A DNA stretch of 64,000 bases. Source: an uncultured virus (IMG/VR IMGVR_UViG_3300009514_001431). Taxonomy: Duplodnaviria; Heunggongvirae; Uroviricota; Caudoviricetes. The stretch lies in IMG/VR virus record IMGVR_UViG_3300009514_001431, one strand, 5' to 3'. A program made the position numbers and the translations under genes. Positions within the stretch are counted from its first letter, which is position 1. Each line of letters begins with the position of its first letter. A model generated the notes under the pieces. The model was not told the origin of the DNA and searched no databases. It worked only from the letters and a program-made list of their open reading frames with translations. Positions 18,977 through 27,807 of this stretch are shown here, piece by piece.

Positions 18977-20672
18977 CGGAATTCTCCAGGTAGCGCGAAG
19001 CGACGCGAGAGGTTGAGGCCACGGCGATGCCTGGCACAGACTCGATAACCTCGGTAAGCGCATCGAGGTTTTGCTTGGAGTAAGGGATTAGTCTTTTTCC
19101 AGGTTTCTGACCGAGCACCTTGATCTGCTCAGAGAACGAAGGGGACTCCATGCTGAGAACCCACCCCCCACGGCGAGCTTGAAACCCCGCATCCATGAGC
19201 GCAGACAACACCGTCTGTACCTCTTGGTCGAGGGCTCGTACACCTACCCTGATGTCGCTTTGCGTGATCTCCCCCGAAACCGGGAGCCGAATGGTCACGT
19301 TCCCATCAGGAAAAACGAACGCCTGTGCTCGCTGTCCTCGGTAACGGGCCAGGTAAACGCAGGCAACCTTCGCGGCCGAGAAATACTGATCGATCTTCCG
19401 AACGTAAGAACGGACAGCCGTAGGGCCAAATTTGGACATCTCCAGAAGCTCCTTGATCTTATCCCCGCCGCGCTTCCACGCATCCCTGTAGATCCGTTCG
19501 GCCTTACCGGCAGGGAGCCGGTGAGCCTTCTCCACTGCGGCGAACAACTCGGGAACCGTTAGGCTCGGGTACGACAGGTCGATCCCAAGGTCACGGAGGT
19601 TGAGCGACGACCCGTGCTCAGCGAGAAATCCCTTACGGGAGTACCACTTACCGCCCCACCGAACCCGCTTGATCTGAGAAGGGCGGACGAGGCCACGTAG
19701 CAATGCTTGCGGCTCGTGCTCGTTGTCGAGGGACAACGAAAGAGCGGGCCTAAACGACTCGGGGTACTGGTCGCGCAGCCACGCCCTAGTCTCAGGGTCT
19801 ATCCTCGGATCCCGCCGCCCAATGGTGCCGCCCCAACTGGTTCCGTGCAGATGCTTGGCCGCTGTCTCAATTTCAAGAAGCACATCTCCGAATTTGTAGG
19901 CTCCCTTGGGATCCGGGGCAACGAACAGCCCGGCATGGCGAGGTGCGTTGTAGTGGTGCTTGACCACTTTGTTCGCATCGAACCCGTTGATCAGATGCCC
20001 GATCTGGTTCGCGTGCGTACCGTGGTAAACCGTCATCACCGTATTCGGTTGGAGGGCGGCGCGTCCCTGCTTGAACGCTGGAACCCTGCGTTGGTACAGA
20101 CGCTTGGGGATCCCGTTAACCCCTACGATGTACTCAGGCGCAACATCGACCTCAAAGGCCACCACACCCCCTGGCCGTGAATCAGGTCGCCCCACGGTTC
20201 CAAGAAGCCCCCACGCCTCAAAATCCAGAGGGATGTCTACCGTGACGAACGGGGCGTCGTTGCTATGTCGCCCCCCTTCCCGATCACTTGGGTCGGCGAC
20301 CACAAAGAAGGTCGCATTCGGATTTTCAGAGTGCTTACCCATCCCTCCCGGTTGAGCTTTGAGCCCTTGGCGAAGAATACGATCGATGATCGATGTGGCG
20401 GGCACGCGCATAATGCTGTGGTGCAGCCGTAGATGCCCTGGCTTCGGCCGAGGGAGAAACTTGTGACTGTTCTGTGCGGCAAGGATGTCCGCGATCCGTT
20501 GGACCATCGCCTGTGCTTCGGGGTTTTCATCGAAAACATCCGTGAACCGCCCGCCCGAAAGCAGGGGCAGGAGCTTCTCGATCGAGTCCACATCGTAGAC
20601 CGGGTTCCCTTTTTCCGACCAGTAGTGCGCAGCAGCGAGGGCCTCACGCGGGACTGTGACTGCGACACGCAT
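18963..20672 (-). CDS. protein with two ART-like domains and two tag copies
   Basis: LHHS..I.RQGL..FF and VYHGT..GF..GLFVA; internal AAKVACVYL, C-terminal SRVASRYL. Confidence 0.7.
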   Translation of the reverse strand: MRVAVTVPREALAAAHYWSEKGNPVYDVDSIEKLLPLLSGGRFTDVFDENPEAQAMVQRIADILAAQNSHKFLPRPKPGHLRLHHSIMRVPATSIIDRILRQGLKAQPGGMGKHSENPNATFFVVADPSDREGGRHSNDAPFVTVDIPLDFEAWGLLGTVGRPDSRPGGVVAFEVDVAPEYIVGVNGIPKRLYQRRVPAFKQGRAALQPNTVMTVYHGTHANQIGHLINGFDANKVVKHHYNAPRHAGLFVAPDPKGAYKFGDVLLEIETAAKHLHGTSWGGTIGRRDPRIDPETRAWLRDQYPESFRPALSLSLDNEHEPQALLRGLVRPSQIKRVRWGGKWYSRKGFLAEHGSSLNLRDLGIDLSYPSLTVPELFAAVEKAHRLPAGKAERIYRDAWKRGGDKIKELLEMSKFGPTAVRSYVRKIDQYFSAAKVACVYLARYRGQRAQAFVFPDGNVTIRLPVSGEITQSDIRVGVRALDQEVQTVLSALMDAGFQARRGGWVLSMESPSFSEQIKVLGQKPGKRLIPYSKQNLDALTEVIESVPGIAVASTSRVASRYLENSDAAR

Positions 20673-21175
20673 CAGAAATACTTACTCCCAACGGTGCTCG
20701 GAGCGCGGCCCTTGTCCGCGAGTTTCTTGTACTCCTGAAACAGCTTCCACACGGCAGGCTGCATGATCTTCCCCCAATGGATGATCTCGGCGTTCCGGTG
20801 GCGCTTGTAGAATTCAGCAACGAGACGGCGAGCATGTCCGGCCCCTCGATGGTCATGCCGGGTGCTGATGTAGTCGAGGTACCAGCCGTCCCCGCCCCAA
20901 TTGTGGTAGTCGAGGAACGCAACCGTACCGGGCTCCGCCCCCTTGGAGTCAAGCACGGGTTTCTTGAGTCGCCGAGGCTTTCCGCGATTCGTCCAGGTGC
21001 GGTACTGATCCGCAAAGTAGCGGTCGTGCTTTCCAGGCTCGGAGATCGACGGGTCAACCAAGGCGAGCCGTTGGACGTTGCCTGATTTATGGTAGACGAG
21101 CGGCGACGCCCCTTGCTCGACCACCTGGAGGGCGGCCGTCAAATGTCTCGCAGCTACAAGCATCACCGTGGGCAT
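20672..21175 (-). CDS. GNAT-family acetyltransferase with N-terminal VAARHL tag
   Basis: VAFLDY..YLDYISTR.DHRGAGHARRLV matches the acetyl-CoA-binding motif A (R-x-x-G-x-A). Confidence 0.75.
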   Translation of the reverse strand: MPTVMLVAARHLTAALQVVEQGASPLVYHKSGNVQRLALVDPSISEPGKHDRYFADQYRTWTNRGKPRRLKKPVLDSKGAEPGTVAFLDYHNWGGDGWYLDYISTRHDHRGAGHARRLVAEFYKRHRNAEIIHWGKIMQPAVWKLFQEYKKLADKGRAPSTVGSKYF

Positions 21176-21375
21176 TACGGCACCGGCCCCGGTGTCACGT
21201 CGCCGTTGCTCACACCGTCGAGGGTGTTCTCAGGGGCGCCGTCGTAGAACGTGTTGGGCTGGCCGAGGTAGTCCCCCTCTTGCCCGGCTTGGTAGGCTTC
21301 GATCCGGTTAATCCGGGCTCGCCGGTTAGCGGCAGCCCGAGCACGCGCCAGCCGAATGTTTTGCGGCGAGGGCAC
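21175..21375 (-). CDS. small protein with Arg-rich N-terminus
   Basis: 66 aa, GTG start after GGAG, TAATG overlap. Confidence 0.65.
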   Translation of the reverse strand: MPSPQNIRLARARAAANRRARINRIEAYQAGQEGDYLGQPNTFYDGAPENTLDGVSNGDVTPGPVP

Positions 21376-21381
21376 GTCGCA

Positions 21382-22254
21382 CTACTCCGTCTTCCGCTGC
21401 GTCCAAGCGTCCTGCACGGTTTTGGTCAAGCCCCGAACCTCGTTGAGCGCTTCCTCCAAGCCCTGCCGTCCCTGTCCCTCGGCGGAGTCAACGGCCTTGG
21501 AGAGCACGCGCACCATCTGGTTCAGTAGCTCGCTTGGGTTCTCTTTGTTGAACGCGGTCTTGGGGAAGCTGAACACTCGCCCCTTGAGAGCTTCGGTCGC
21601 ATTGTGCAAGGCAAAGAAGGCGAGCCGGTCGCCTTGCGCGAGGTAGTACGCGGCCTCGCGGAGATGCCTCGTGGCAATCACCGCAGGGGCTTCGGTGTAG
21701 CGCTCGACCACGCTGGCGGTCGTCTTTTCAAAGCTCGCCGATTCGGCGGCGCGCCCTGAATCGAATTCCCACACCACGTCGTCGTCCAAATCGGTTCGGA
21801 TCTTCGCGGCTTGGTCGAGGATGTCGTGCAGCCTTTCGATGTCGTTGGCATCCTCCATGACGGCTTGGTCGAGGAATTCATCGACATCCATCTCGCCCCT
21901 TATTCCGCCCTCTAGCTCGTACTCCACGACCCAATCGGCGCCCCAGATCGCATGGATGTGCCCTACCCGGAAATCATCGCCATCGGGGAGCATGAACCAC
22001 ATGCCCGTAAGGTGCGGCGGCTCCTGATCGAATCCGAGTCGCTTGAACCGCATCGGGTTGTTCCTACGGATCTTCTGCTTCCGCTTGAAACGCGGGTTGT
22101 TCTTGTAGTGGTGCTGGTAGCGCATCCTCGATAGCTGGCGATTCCTGCCCGCGTGCGACAGGTAACGCCTCTTGCTCACCTGCTTGGAGCGCCCCCGCTG
22201 CCTGCGTTGGCGCTTCCGCTTCCGAGGCTTGTAAATGGCGGTGCGGACGATCAT
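21382..22254 (-). CDS. protein with very basic N-terminal 70 aa and internal tag copies
   Basis: K/R-rich start, acidic middle, ASVVERY and AVIATRHL. Confidence 0.75.
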   Translation of the reverse strand: MIVRTAIYKPRKRKRQRRQRGRSKQVSKRRYLSHAGRNRQLSRMRYQHHYKNNPRFKRKQKIRRNNPMRFKRLGFDQEPPHLTGMWFMLPDGDDFRVGHIHAIWGADWVVEYELEGGIRGEMDVDEFLDQAVMEDANDIERLHDILDQAAKIRTDLDDDVVWEFDSGRAAESASFEKTTASVVERYTEAPAVIATRHLREAAYYLAQGDRLAFFALHNATEALKGRVFSFPKTAFNKENPSELLNQMVRVLSKAVDSAEGQGRQGLEEALNEVRGLTKTVQDAWTQRKTE

Positions 22255-22299
22255 CCTACTCCAAGTGATCCATAGGCTGAATATCGCGTGAAATTCCGG

Positions 22300-22569
22300 C
22301 TAGATGGCGACTGCGGGCCGGATCCAGCCGTATTGCTCTCCCCCGTTCGACCAGTCATGGAAAAGCTGCTGGCGGCTCCCGCTAACCTCGATTTGCCGAG
22401 TCAGAGGGGCCTCCACAACCTCGTGCTTCCACAACACCCGGAGGTAGTCCAAGCCCCCATCGACGGTGACAGCGCCGCACGAGCACGAATGGCAGTCGTG
22501 ACGGGTGCGGCTGTAGATCCAATCTCCACAGGCCGCGCACTCTACAGCGGTGACCTTTGTGACGAACAT
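22300..22569 (-). CDS. small phage zinc-binding protein
   Basis: CAACGD.IYS..RHD...CSCG.V.VDGG.DY.R. Confidence 0.75.
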   Translation of the reverse strand: MFVTKVTAVECAACGDWIYSRTRHDCHSCSCGAVTVDGGLDYLRVLWKHEVVEAPLTRQIEVSGSRQQLFHDWSNGGEQYGWIRPAVAI

Positions 22570-22603
22570 CCCACAGGGATCGTTCTATAGTCAGGCTAGG
22601 GTG

Positions 22604-23305
22604 ATGGATCGACCATCGAAGCTCCGGGTCGCAACCCGGCACCTGGCGCGGCTCGACTGCCACTACCTGAAAGGCACCGAGCGGGCCGACTACGAGCCCG
22701 ACGTGTGGGAGATGTATCAGATCACCTATCGCAAGATCGGATTACACGTTCCAAGGTCGGTGCTCCTGACCAAGTATCCGGTCTGGCTGATCTGCACGAA
22801 AGACGGAGTGCCGGTGTTTTTCACCATGTTCAAGAGCACGCGATGGGGGTGGAAGGGCGCTCTCAGCGGGCACGATGGGACCGCCGCCGGGAAGGACGAG
22901 GCCAAAAGCAGGCTTCGCACGATGTACCACACGACAGGGTTCTACGCTGAGATGTCAGGCATCCCGGCGAAGATCGCTCTCGCATCGAACACCCCGGCCG
23001 TGTGCAACTCCTACGCGGACGACGTGATCGATCGAGTAATCGAGCCTGCCGGTACGGACGGTCTTTGGTACACGCGACAGTTGGGCGACCTCGGCCACTT
23101 TGAGAAAATTCTCTTGGGGAGGCCGCGCGGTGTGCCGACGACGAATCCCCGGCGCCCGTCTTGTCCGGTGTTCGACCCTTCGATCACACCCTCTGACTCG
23201 CGGTTCAAGCAACGCATTTCTCCCCGTCTCCGAGTTGGTGACGACGAGGATGATCTTGACTCGCACTACGCCTGTTTGGCGATGGACGAGTGGCTGGCTG
23301 ACTAG
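22604..23305 (+). CDS. hypothetical protein with N-terminal RVATRHL tag
   Basis: starts MDRPSKLRVATRHLARL; natural composition. Confidence 0.75.
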   Translation: MDRPSKLRVATRHLARLDCHYLKGTERADYEPDVWEMYQITYRKIGLHVPRSVLLTKYPVWLICTKDGVPVFFTMFKSTRWGWKGALSGHDGTAAGKDEAKSRLRTMYHTTGFYAEMSGIPAKIALASNTPAVCNSYADDVIDRVIEPAGTDGLWYTRQLGDLGHFEKILLGRPRGVPTTNPRRPSCPVFDPSITPSDSRFKQRISPRLRVGDDEDDLDSHYACLAMDEWLAD

Positions 23306-23565
23306 CTCGCGTCCCGAGCTTCGTCCAGCGCGTCGGAAACGGAGAACCCGGCAGCGCGGGCTCGGCCGTAAGCCTCGCGGCGGCGCTCCGAAGCTCGCTC
23401 GCTCAGGTCGAGCCCATACATGGGGTCTTTGCCGCCATCGCGGCTCAGGCCCGCCTCGATGTCACGCCGCATCTTGCGGAGCGACCGGGCGTTGCCCTCG
23501 GCCGGGGGGCAGATGGTGGCGCCCTTGCGGGCCAGGAATTCAGCGATTTTCTCGTCTCGGCTCAT
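23302..23565 (-). CDS. small hypothetical protein
   Basis: MSRDEKIAEFLARKGATICPP, GGAGG RBS, promoter motif upstream. Confidence 0.7.
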   Translation of the reverse strand: MSRDEKIAEFLARKGATICPPAEGNARSLRKMRRDIEAGLSRDGGKDPMYGLDLSERASERRREAYGRARAAGFSVSDALDEARDAS

Positions 23566-23587
23566 GGGTTCGTATCCTCCAAACGAG

Positions 23588-23614
23588 TAACGCCACCCGA
23601 GCCTGATCCGAAAC
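23588..23614 (-). promoter_or_regulatory. putative promoter GTTTC-N15-GGCGTTA
   Basis: + strand taacgcc(23588-94) N15 gaaac(23610-14). Confidence 0.65.
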
Positions 23615-23941
23615 CTAGGGGGTCCACTCCCACACCACAGCAACGCCATCCTCGTGGTTGTTCGGAAGGAGTGCGATCTCTCGCATCTCCAGGGGCACGT
23701 CATTGGCCTTGGTCCACTCAGCCAGGCCACGCGAGCCCTCGCCCGCATACCCCCACGAGAACCCCGTGAAGGTGTGTGACGAGCCATCCGAGTACCCGGC
23801 CTGTGTCACGTACCAGTGGTCAGGGTGCAGGCACAGGCGGACCCACACGGGCGCCCCTTTGCGGCCGTTCAGAAGCTCGCCGTTGCGTAGCGAGATCCGA
23901 GTGACCCCGCCCTCGCGTTGAATTCGGGTGGCTTTACGCAT
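23615..23941 (-). CDS. hypothetical protein (GFSWGY.GEG motif)
   Basis: from MRKATRIQ; FTGFSWGYAGEGSRGLA. Confidence 0.65.
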   Translation of the reverse strand: MRKATRIQREGGVTRISLRNGELLNGRKGAPVWVRLCLHPDHWYVTQAGYSDGSSHTFTGFSWGYAGEGSRGLAEWTKANDVPLEMREIALLPNNHEDGVAVVWEWTP

Positions 23942-23943
23942 GG

Positions 23944-24069
23944 TTACAGCCCCAACATCGCGCGAACGCGGCCTACGAACAGGCCACGGCAGGCCCACAC
24001 GGCAGCGAGCGCGGGCGCGACAGCGAGGATTTCCAGGGGGCAGATGCCGGTTCCGTGTGCGAGAAGCAT
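23944..24069 (-). CDS. 41-aa hydrophobic peptide (not in the ORF track)
   Basis: MLLAHGTGICPLEILAVAPALAAVWACRGLFVGRVRAMLGL*; GGAGG RBS and promoter motif upstream. Confidence 0.55.
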   Translation of the reverse strand: MLLAHGTGICPLEILAVAPALAAVWACRGLFVGRVRAMLGL

Positions 24070-24089
24070 GGTCGTTTCCTCCGTACCTC

Positions 24090-24116
24090 TTACGCCAGCC
24101 GGATCCGATCCGAAAC
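24090..24116 (-). promoter_or_regulatory. putative promoter GTTTC-N15-GGCGTAA
   Basis: + strand ttacgcc(24090-96) N15 gaaac(24112-16). Confidence 0.7.
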
Positions 24117-24124
24117 CTGCCGGA

Positions 24125-24346
24125 TCACGACCCGTGGTACGTCTTACGGAGCTTTTGCCCGCGCGCGAGAGCCAGTAGAAATTCCCGCGAATCTCCTGAA
24201 AGGCTCCGCCAAAAGCGGAACGCGGGCAGATACTCGGCGGGCAGATCGGACTCGTTGGCCTTTTTGAGCCACGCTTGCGGGTTGCTGTGGCCCGCCTTCT
24301 GCGCCCACTGGTACAGCGCGCGAAATTGTAGTTCCAGGGCAGTCAT
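24125..24346 (-). CDS. small hypothetical protein
   Basis: 73-aa ORF. Confidence 0.55.
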   Translation of the reverse strand: MTALELQFRALYQWAQKAGHSNPQAWLKKANESDLPAEYLPAFRFWRSLSGDSREFLLALARGQKLRKTYHGS

Positions 24347-24401
24347 GGCTCGGACACGTTAGCCTATCCCTCAGAGGCCGCAGGAGCCATCCTGAGCGGC
24401 C

Positions 24402-25328
24402 CTAGCTTCCGGGGTGCCTGACCCTGTAGAAACGCGGCTCACGGGGTACACCCGTCTTGTTGAGCGCCTTGAACCCGAATGTGACGGTCGAGCCCAAGGG
24501 CGGCGGGTTACGGAGGCAGGCGTGGTCAAACCCGGTGCCGATCTTGAACCGAGTGCCGTCCGCAAGCTCGCAGACCATCGCTCCGAACACGCCATCCCGG
24601 TCGCCCTTGCCCGCCGTGTAGTCCACGAGCACGGCCTCGGCCGTGCGGACGGTCGTGACCTTGAGGCAGTCGAGCGAACGATCGTGCGTGCCCCCGCTCC
24701 ACTCGTAAGCGGAGCCCGGCTTGCGGATGATCAGGCCCTCTCCGCCCACAGCCTCGATCTCGCCAAGGTGCGTGAACAGGTGGTCGATGTTCTCGACCTG
24801 GCGCTGCTCGGCGACGGCGAGCCAGGGCACGCCAGCCATCTGGATCTCGGCGTACAAGCGCACCAGCCGGGCCTCAAATGGCCCCTGAATCATCGGAGCG
24901 TCGAAGCAGACATACCGGATCTGTTTCCAGATCTCCGGGTCGTTGTGGCGCTTCACCCATCCGTTGACCTTGTAGAACATGCCGCGCCCCGGCCAAAGCT
25001 CACCGTCGAGCGGGATGCGAGGCAGCCTGCACTTGAACCAATCGGGAGCCGGGAACACGTTGCCTGCTCGGGAGATCAGGTTCTTGCCGTCCCAGAACGC
25101 TCGCACGCCGTCCATCTTCTCGGAGGCGTACCACCCACTCGGGTCACCGCCGACCTGATCGAACCGGGCTGCCAGCATGACGCCAGGCTCGTTCACGACC
25201 GGGCGTTGAGCCGGTTCACGCGGGGCTCCGGGGGCAGGGCGCGGGGGCAGATCAGACTCGTCCATCTCGGCGATGGTGCGAGGGTCCGTCTGCATATCCA
25301 CGAGCTTGTCGAGGTCGATCGCAGGCAT
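24402..25328 (-). CDS. minimal ATP-dependent DNA ligase (NTase + OB fold)
   Basis: motif I SEKMDGVR, LDGELW, FDAP, EGLIIR, LKV, OB-fold FKIGTGF and PREPRF. Confidence 0.93.
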   Translation of the reverse strand: MPAIDLDKLVDMQTDPRTIAEMDESDLPPRPAPGAPREPAQRPVVNEPGVMLAARFDQVGGDPSGWYASEKMDGVRAFWDGKNLISRAGNVFPAPDWFKCRLPRIPLDGELWPGRGMFYKVNGWVKRHNDPEIWKQIRYVCFDAPMIQGPFEARLVRLYAEIQMAGVPWLAVAEQRQVENIDHLFTHLGEIEAVGGEGLIIRKPGSAYEWSGGTHDRSLDCLKVTTVRTAEAVLVDYTAGKGDRDGVFGAMVCELADGTRFKIGTGFDHACLRNPPPLGSTVTFGFKALNKTGVPREPRFYRVRHPGS

Positions 25329-25337
25329 ACGAGCCGA

Positions 25338-25364
25338 GTACGACGGCGAGCATGACTCCGAAAC
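25338..25364 (-). promoter_or_regulatory. putative promoter GTTTC-N15-GTCGTAC
   Basis: + strand gtacgac(25338-44) N15 gaaac(25360-64); 9 nt before the ligase ATG. Confidence 0.6.
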
Positions 25365-25383
25365 CCAAGCTATCCTCTAGCTC

Positions 25384-25551
25384 GTGGGTGATCTTCCCGA
25401 AGCTGTCCGTAGAGCCTACGAGGCTGAGATTGAGCGTCTGGAGGCGAAGCTGAAAGGCGCTTCCCCGGCCGAGGCTGAAAAGCTCAAGCAGGCCATCGGC
25501 GAAATCGAGGGCGAGCTATTCGTGGAGATGTGGCCGATTGACGAGAGCTAG
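25384..25551 (+). CDS. 55-aa helical-hairpin protein (not in the ORF track)
   Basis: manual translation MGDLPEAVRRAYEAEIERLEAKLKGASPAEAEKLKQAIGEIEGELFVEMWPIDES*. Confidence 0.5.
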   Translation: MGDLPEAVRRAYEAEIERLEAKLKGASPAEAEKLKQAIGEIEGELFVEMWPIDES

Positions 25552-26078
25552 TCCTCGCCGTCAAGCAGGCTGAGCAAACTCCAGTCCGCGCCCTGGAATG
25601 TCCCGCTGTAGGCGGCCTCCAGCAAGCCACCGTAGCCGAGAATTTCATCGGCGTATCGGACCATCCGATGGTTCGGATGGATCGGGTCCGTCTTGATCGA
25701 CATCACCAGTCGGATGGCTTCTTGGGCGTTCTTGCCCGATGGCGTCAGCTTCGATGCCAAGATCATCAGGGCCGTTGCCGAGCTACGCGAGATGCCAGCG
25801 TTGCAGTGGCACAGCACGAGGTCGCCTGGCTCGATGGCTTTGGCGAATCGCAGGATGTCCTCGACGTGCTTGCGCTTCGGCGCGTACACGTCAATCGTAT
25901 CCGGGTTTGGGATGTCATAGAATTGCAAGGCGAGCTTGCGAGCAGGGTGCTCCTTGAATCCGCGTGGAGGTCCGTCTGTCGGATCGCTGATCGAAATGAC
26001 GTGGTGGTACCCCGCGTTGCGCCGCAGAAGCGAGCCGGCGGTGTTGCGGTTGAGGATGTCGATCTCGGGCAGCTTCAT
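25548..26078 (-). CDS. Cys-based protein tyrosine/dual-specificity phosphatase
   Basis: HCNAGISRS P-loop (HCxxGxxRS), VISI.DP, F.D, P.PN. Confidence 0.9.
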   Translation of the reverse strand: MKLPEIDILNRNTAGSLLRRNAGYHHVISISDPTDGPPRGFKEHPARKLALQFYDIPNPDTIDVYAPKRKHVEDILRFAKAIEPGDLVLCHCNAGISRSSATALMILASKLTPSGKNAQEAIRLVMSIKTDPIHPNHRMVRYADEILGYGGLLEAAYSGTFQGADWSLLSLLDGED

Positions 26079-26503
26079 TTGACGATCGGGAGAGCGGCAA
26101 GCTCGTCGGGTGTGAGGTCTTTGAATTCGGGAATTTCCCACTCACCTCCAAGGCGGCGGTACTCGATCGGCTGGCCCTTCTTTTCCGCGCCAGGGATGCC
26201 GTACTTTCGCATCCCCTCGGTGATGCCTCGGTCGATGTAGACCACACAGACCTCTGCACATTCCGACCACGCGAGTCCGGCCAGGATCCCGTGCGTTCGT
26301 TCCTCGGGCACGTCATCTCGCAGGATGCCCTCTTGCGGGTAGAGCAGGTGCGAGCCCCACGGAGCTTCCTCGCGGTTCACCAAACAGTCGTGGCAGGCGG
26401 CTCGGGCGTAGCGAAGGTTGTCCGCTTCTTGTAGCTCGACCTGCCCATCGTTGACCGCAAAGGTGACGGTCTTGAACGGGGACTCAATGACGACTCGTTT
26501 CAT
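26075..26503 (-). CDS. nucleoside deoxyribosyltransferase-like (DUF4406-related) protein
   Basis: VVIESPF..N..YAR..EAP..SHLLYPQ..L.D..ER..GI..G..W..VY.D.GI..GM. Confidence 0.7.
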   Translation of the reverse strand: MKRVVIESPFKTVTFAVNDGQVELQEADNLRYARAACHDCLVNREEAPWGSHLLYPQEGILRDDVPEERTHGILAGLAWSECAEVCVVYIDRGITEGMRKYGIPGAEKKGQPIEYRRLGGEWEIPEFKDLTPDELAALPIVK

Positions 26504-26559
26504 GGTTTCACGATACCCACGGACATCTCTTACTCGGACGACACCCGTTTGGAACGCGC

Positions 26560-27771
26560 TCAGTAGCTTCGATACTTGGCCGTGTACGCGGGGTCTTGAG
26601 CCCACTGGTTCGGGACCGGGTACCCTCCCGCCACGAATTTCGGACCACCATCGGTGAGGCCATGCTTTTTCATCGCAACGAGAGCGATCAGGCGCCACAC
26701 CTTCTCGCCGGGATCCGATGTGCGGCTCTTACTCGACTGCCGGTGAGCGTGAATGTACTTGACCTCGCCACCGTGTTTCTTGACCTCGGCGATGATCCAA
26801 TCGATCGCATCGAGCGTCGCCTTCACCTGCTCGGGCGAGACAGACATCGGCACGCGGTTCGGCCTGCTCTTTGGTTTCCAGTACGTCTTGAGGTTCGGCT
26901 TCCACTCGCCCGTGTCCTCGTCGTAGGGCTCCAGGCCAGCAAAGTGTCCGTTGATCTCGATCCCCACGTCACCGGGGCCGCGTGATCCATTGAACGAGTG
27001 CCCGTGGTAGACGACCCAATCGAGACCATTCATCTGAACGACCTTGCCGTCTTGCGTGGTGCCGATGTGAGCACTGACCTTTTTGAATCGCGTGGGCGTG
27101 GTGCCGAGGTCACACGCCGTCTGATGGAGTGTGATTCCGACGACGCTTTTCCAACCCTTCTTGCGCTTGCGCTTCGCCTTCACCCCCTTGCCGCTCTCGG
27201 GGCACAGGCGGAAAAAATTGTCGGGTGTGTCCTCTCCCGAGTCGGCGTCCGGCTCGGGTTCGGGAGGGGGGGACACGACAGGCGCGGCCTTGGCTGCGGC
27301 CTTGATCGCTAGGTAGGTCTTTTCGCCGACGCCCTGGAGCTTGATCGCGTGTTCCTCGTCCTTGAGCGTGCCGCCCTTTTCCCGATCGTCGTCTTGGAAA
27401 TCGGCAACCTCTTGCAGCGTCTCCAAGCCGAGCCCGCCGTCTGCTCCAAAGCGCGTAAGCTCGTAGCCGAGCTTTTCCAGCCAGGTCTGAAACTCCTTGA
27501 CCTGCGCGCCTTCATCGTTGAGCCGGAGGATGACCCGAACCTCGGCCATGCCGTGCTCGACCACGGTCTTGCGCTCGGGCTGCGCGGCAAAGTCGTCCTC
27601 GTACTCGTCCGCCCCGTCGCCGTCTAGTTCGGGTTCCGGCTCGGGCTCAAGCTCGTCCGCGAGCTTCGGATCCGATTTCGGATCCGTCTTGGGCGGAAGG
27701 GCCTTCTTTTTCGTCTTGGTCTTGCCACCCCCAAACAGGCGGGCAAGCAGATCGAGTAGCATCTTGAGCAT
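26560..27771 (-). CDS. endolysin: peptidoglycan-binding domain + Amidase_2-type N-acetylmuramoyl-L-alanine amidase
   Basis: G.QVKE.Q..L..LGY...GADG..G.ET...V..FQ; ITLHQTA, SAH, GIEI.G, AHRQ, DPG. Confidence 0.85.
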   Translation of the reverse strand: MLKMLLDLLARLFGGGKTKTKKKALPPKTDPKSDPKLADELEPEPEPELDGDGADEYEDDFAAQPERKTVVEHGMAEVRVILRLNDEGAQVKEFQTWLEKLGYELTRFGADGGLGLETLQEVADFQDDDREKGGTLKDEEHAIKLQGVGEKTYLAIKAAAKAAPVVSPPPEPEPDADSGEDTPDNFFRLCPESGKGVKAKRKRKKGWKSVVGITLHQTACDLGTTPTRFKKVSAHIGTTQDGKVVQMNGLDWVVYHGHSFNGSRGPGDVGIEINGHFAGLEPYDEDTGEWKPNLKTYWKPKSRPNRVPMSVSPEQVKATLDAIDWIIAEVKKHGGEVKYIHAHRQSSKSRTSDPGEKVWRLIALVAMKKHGLTDGGPKFVAGGYPVPNQWAQDPAYTAKYRSY

Positions 27772-27807
27772 CGGGCAGTCTCCTGCCCTACGCAGCCCAT
27801 CGGACGA

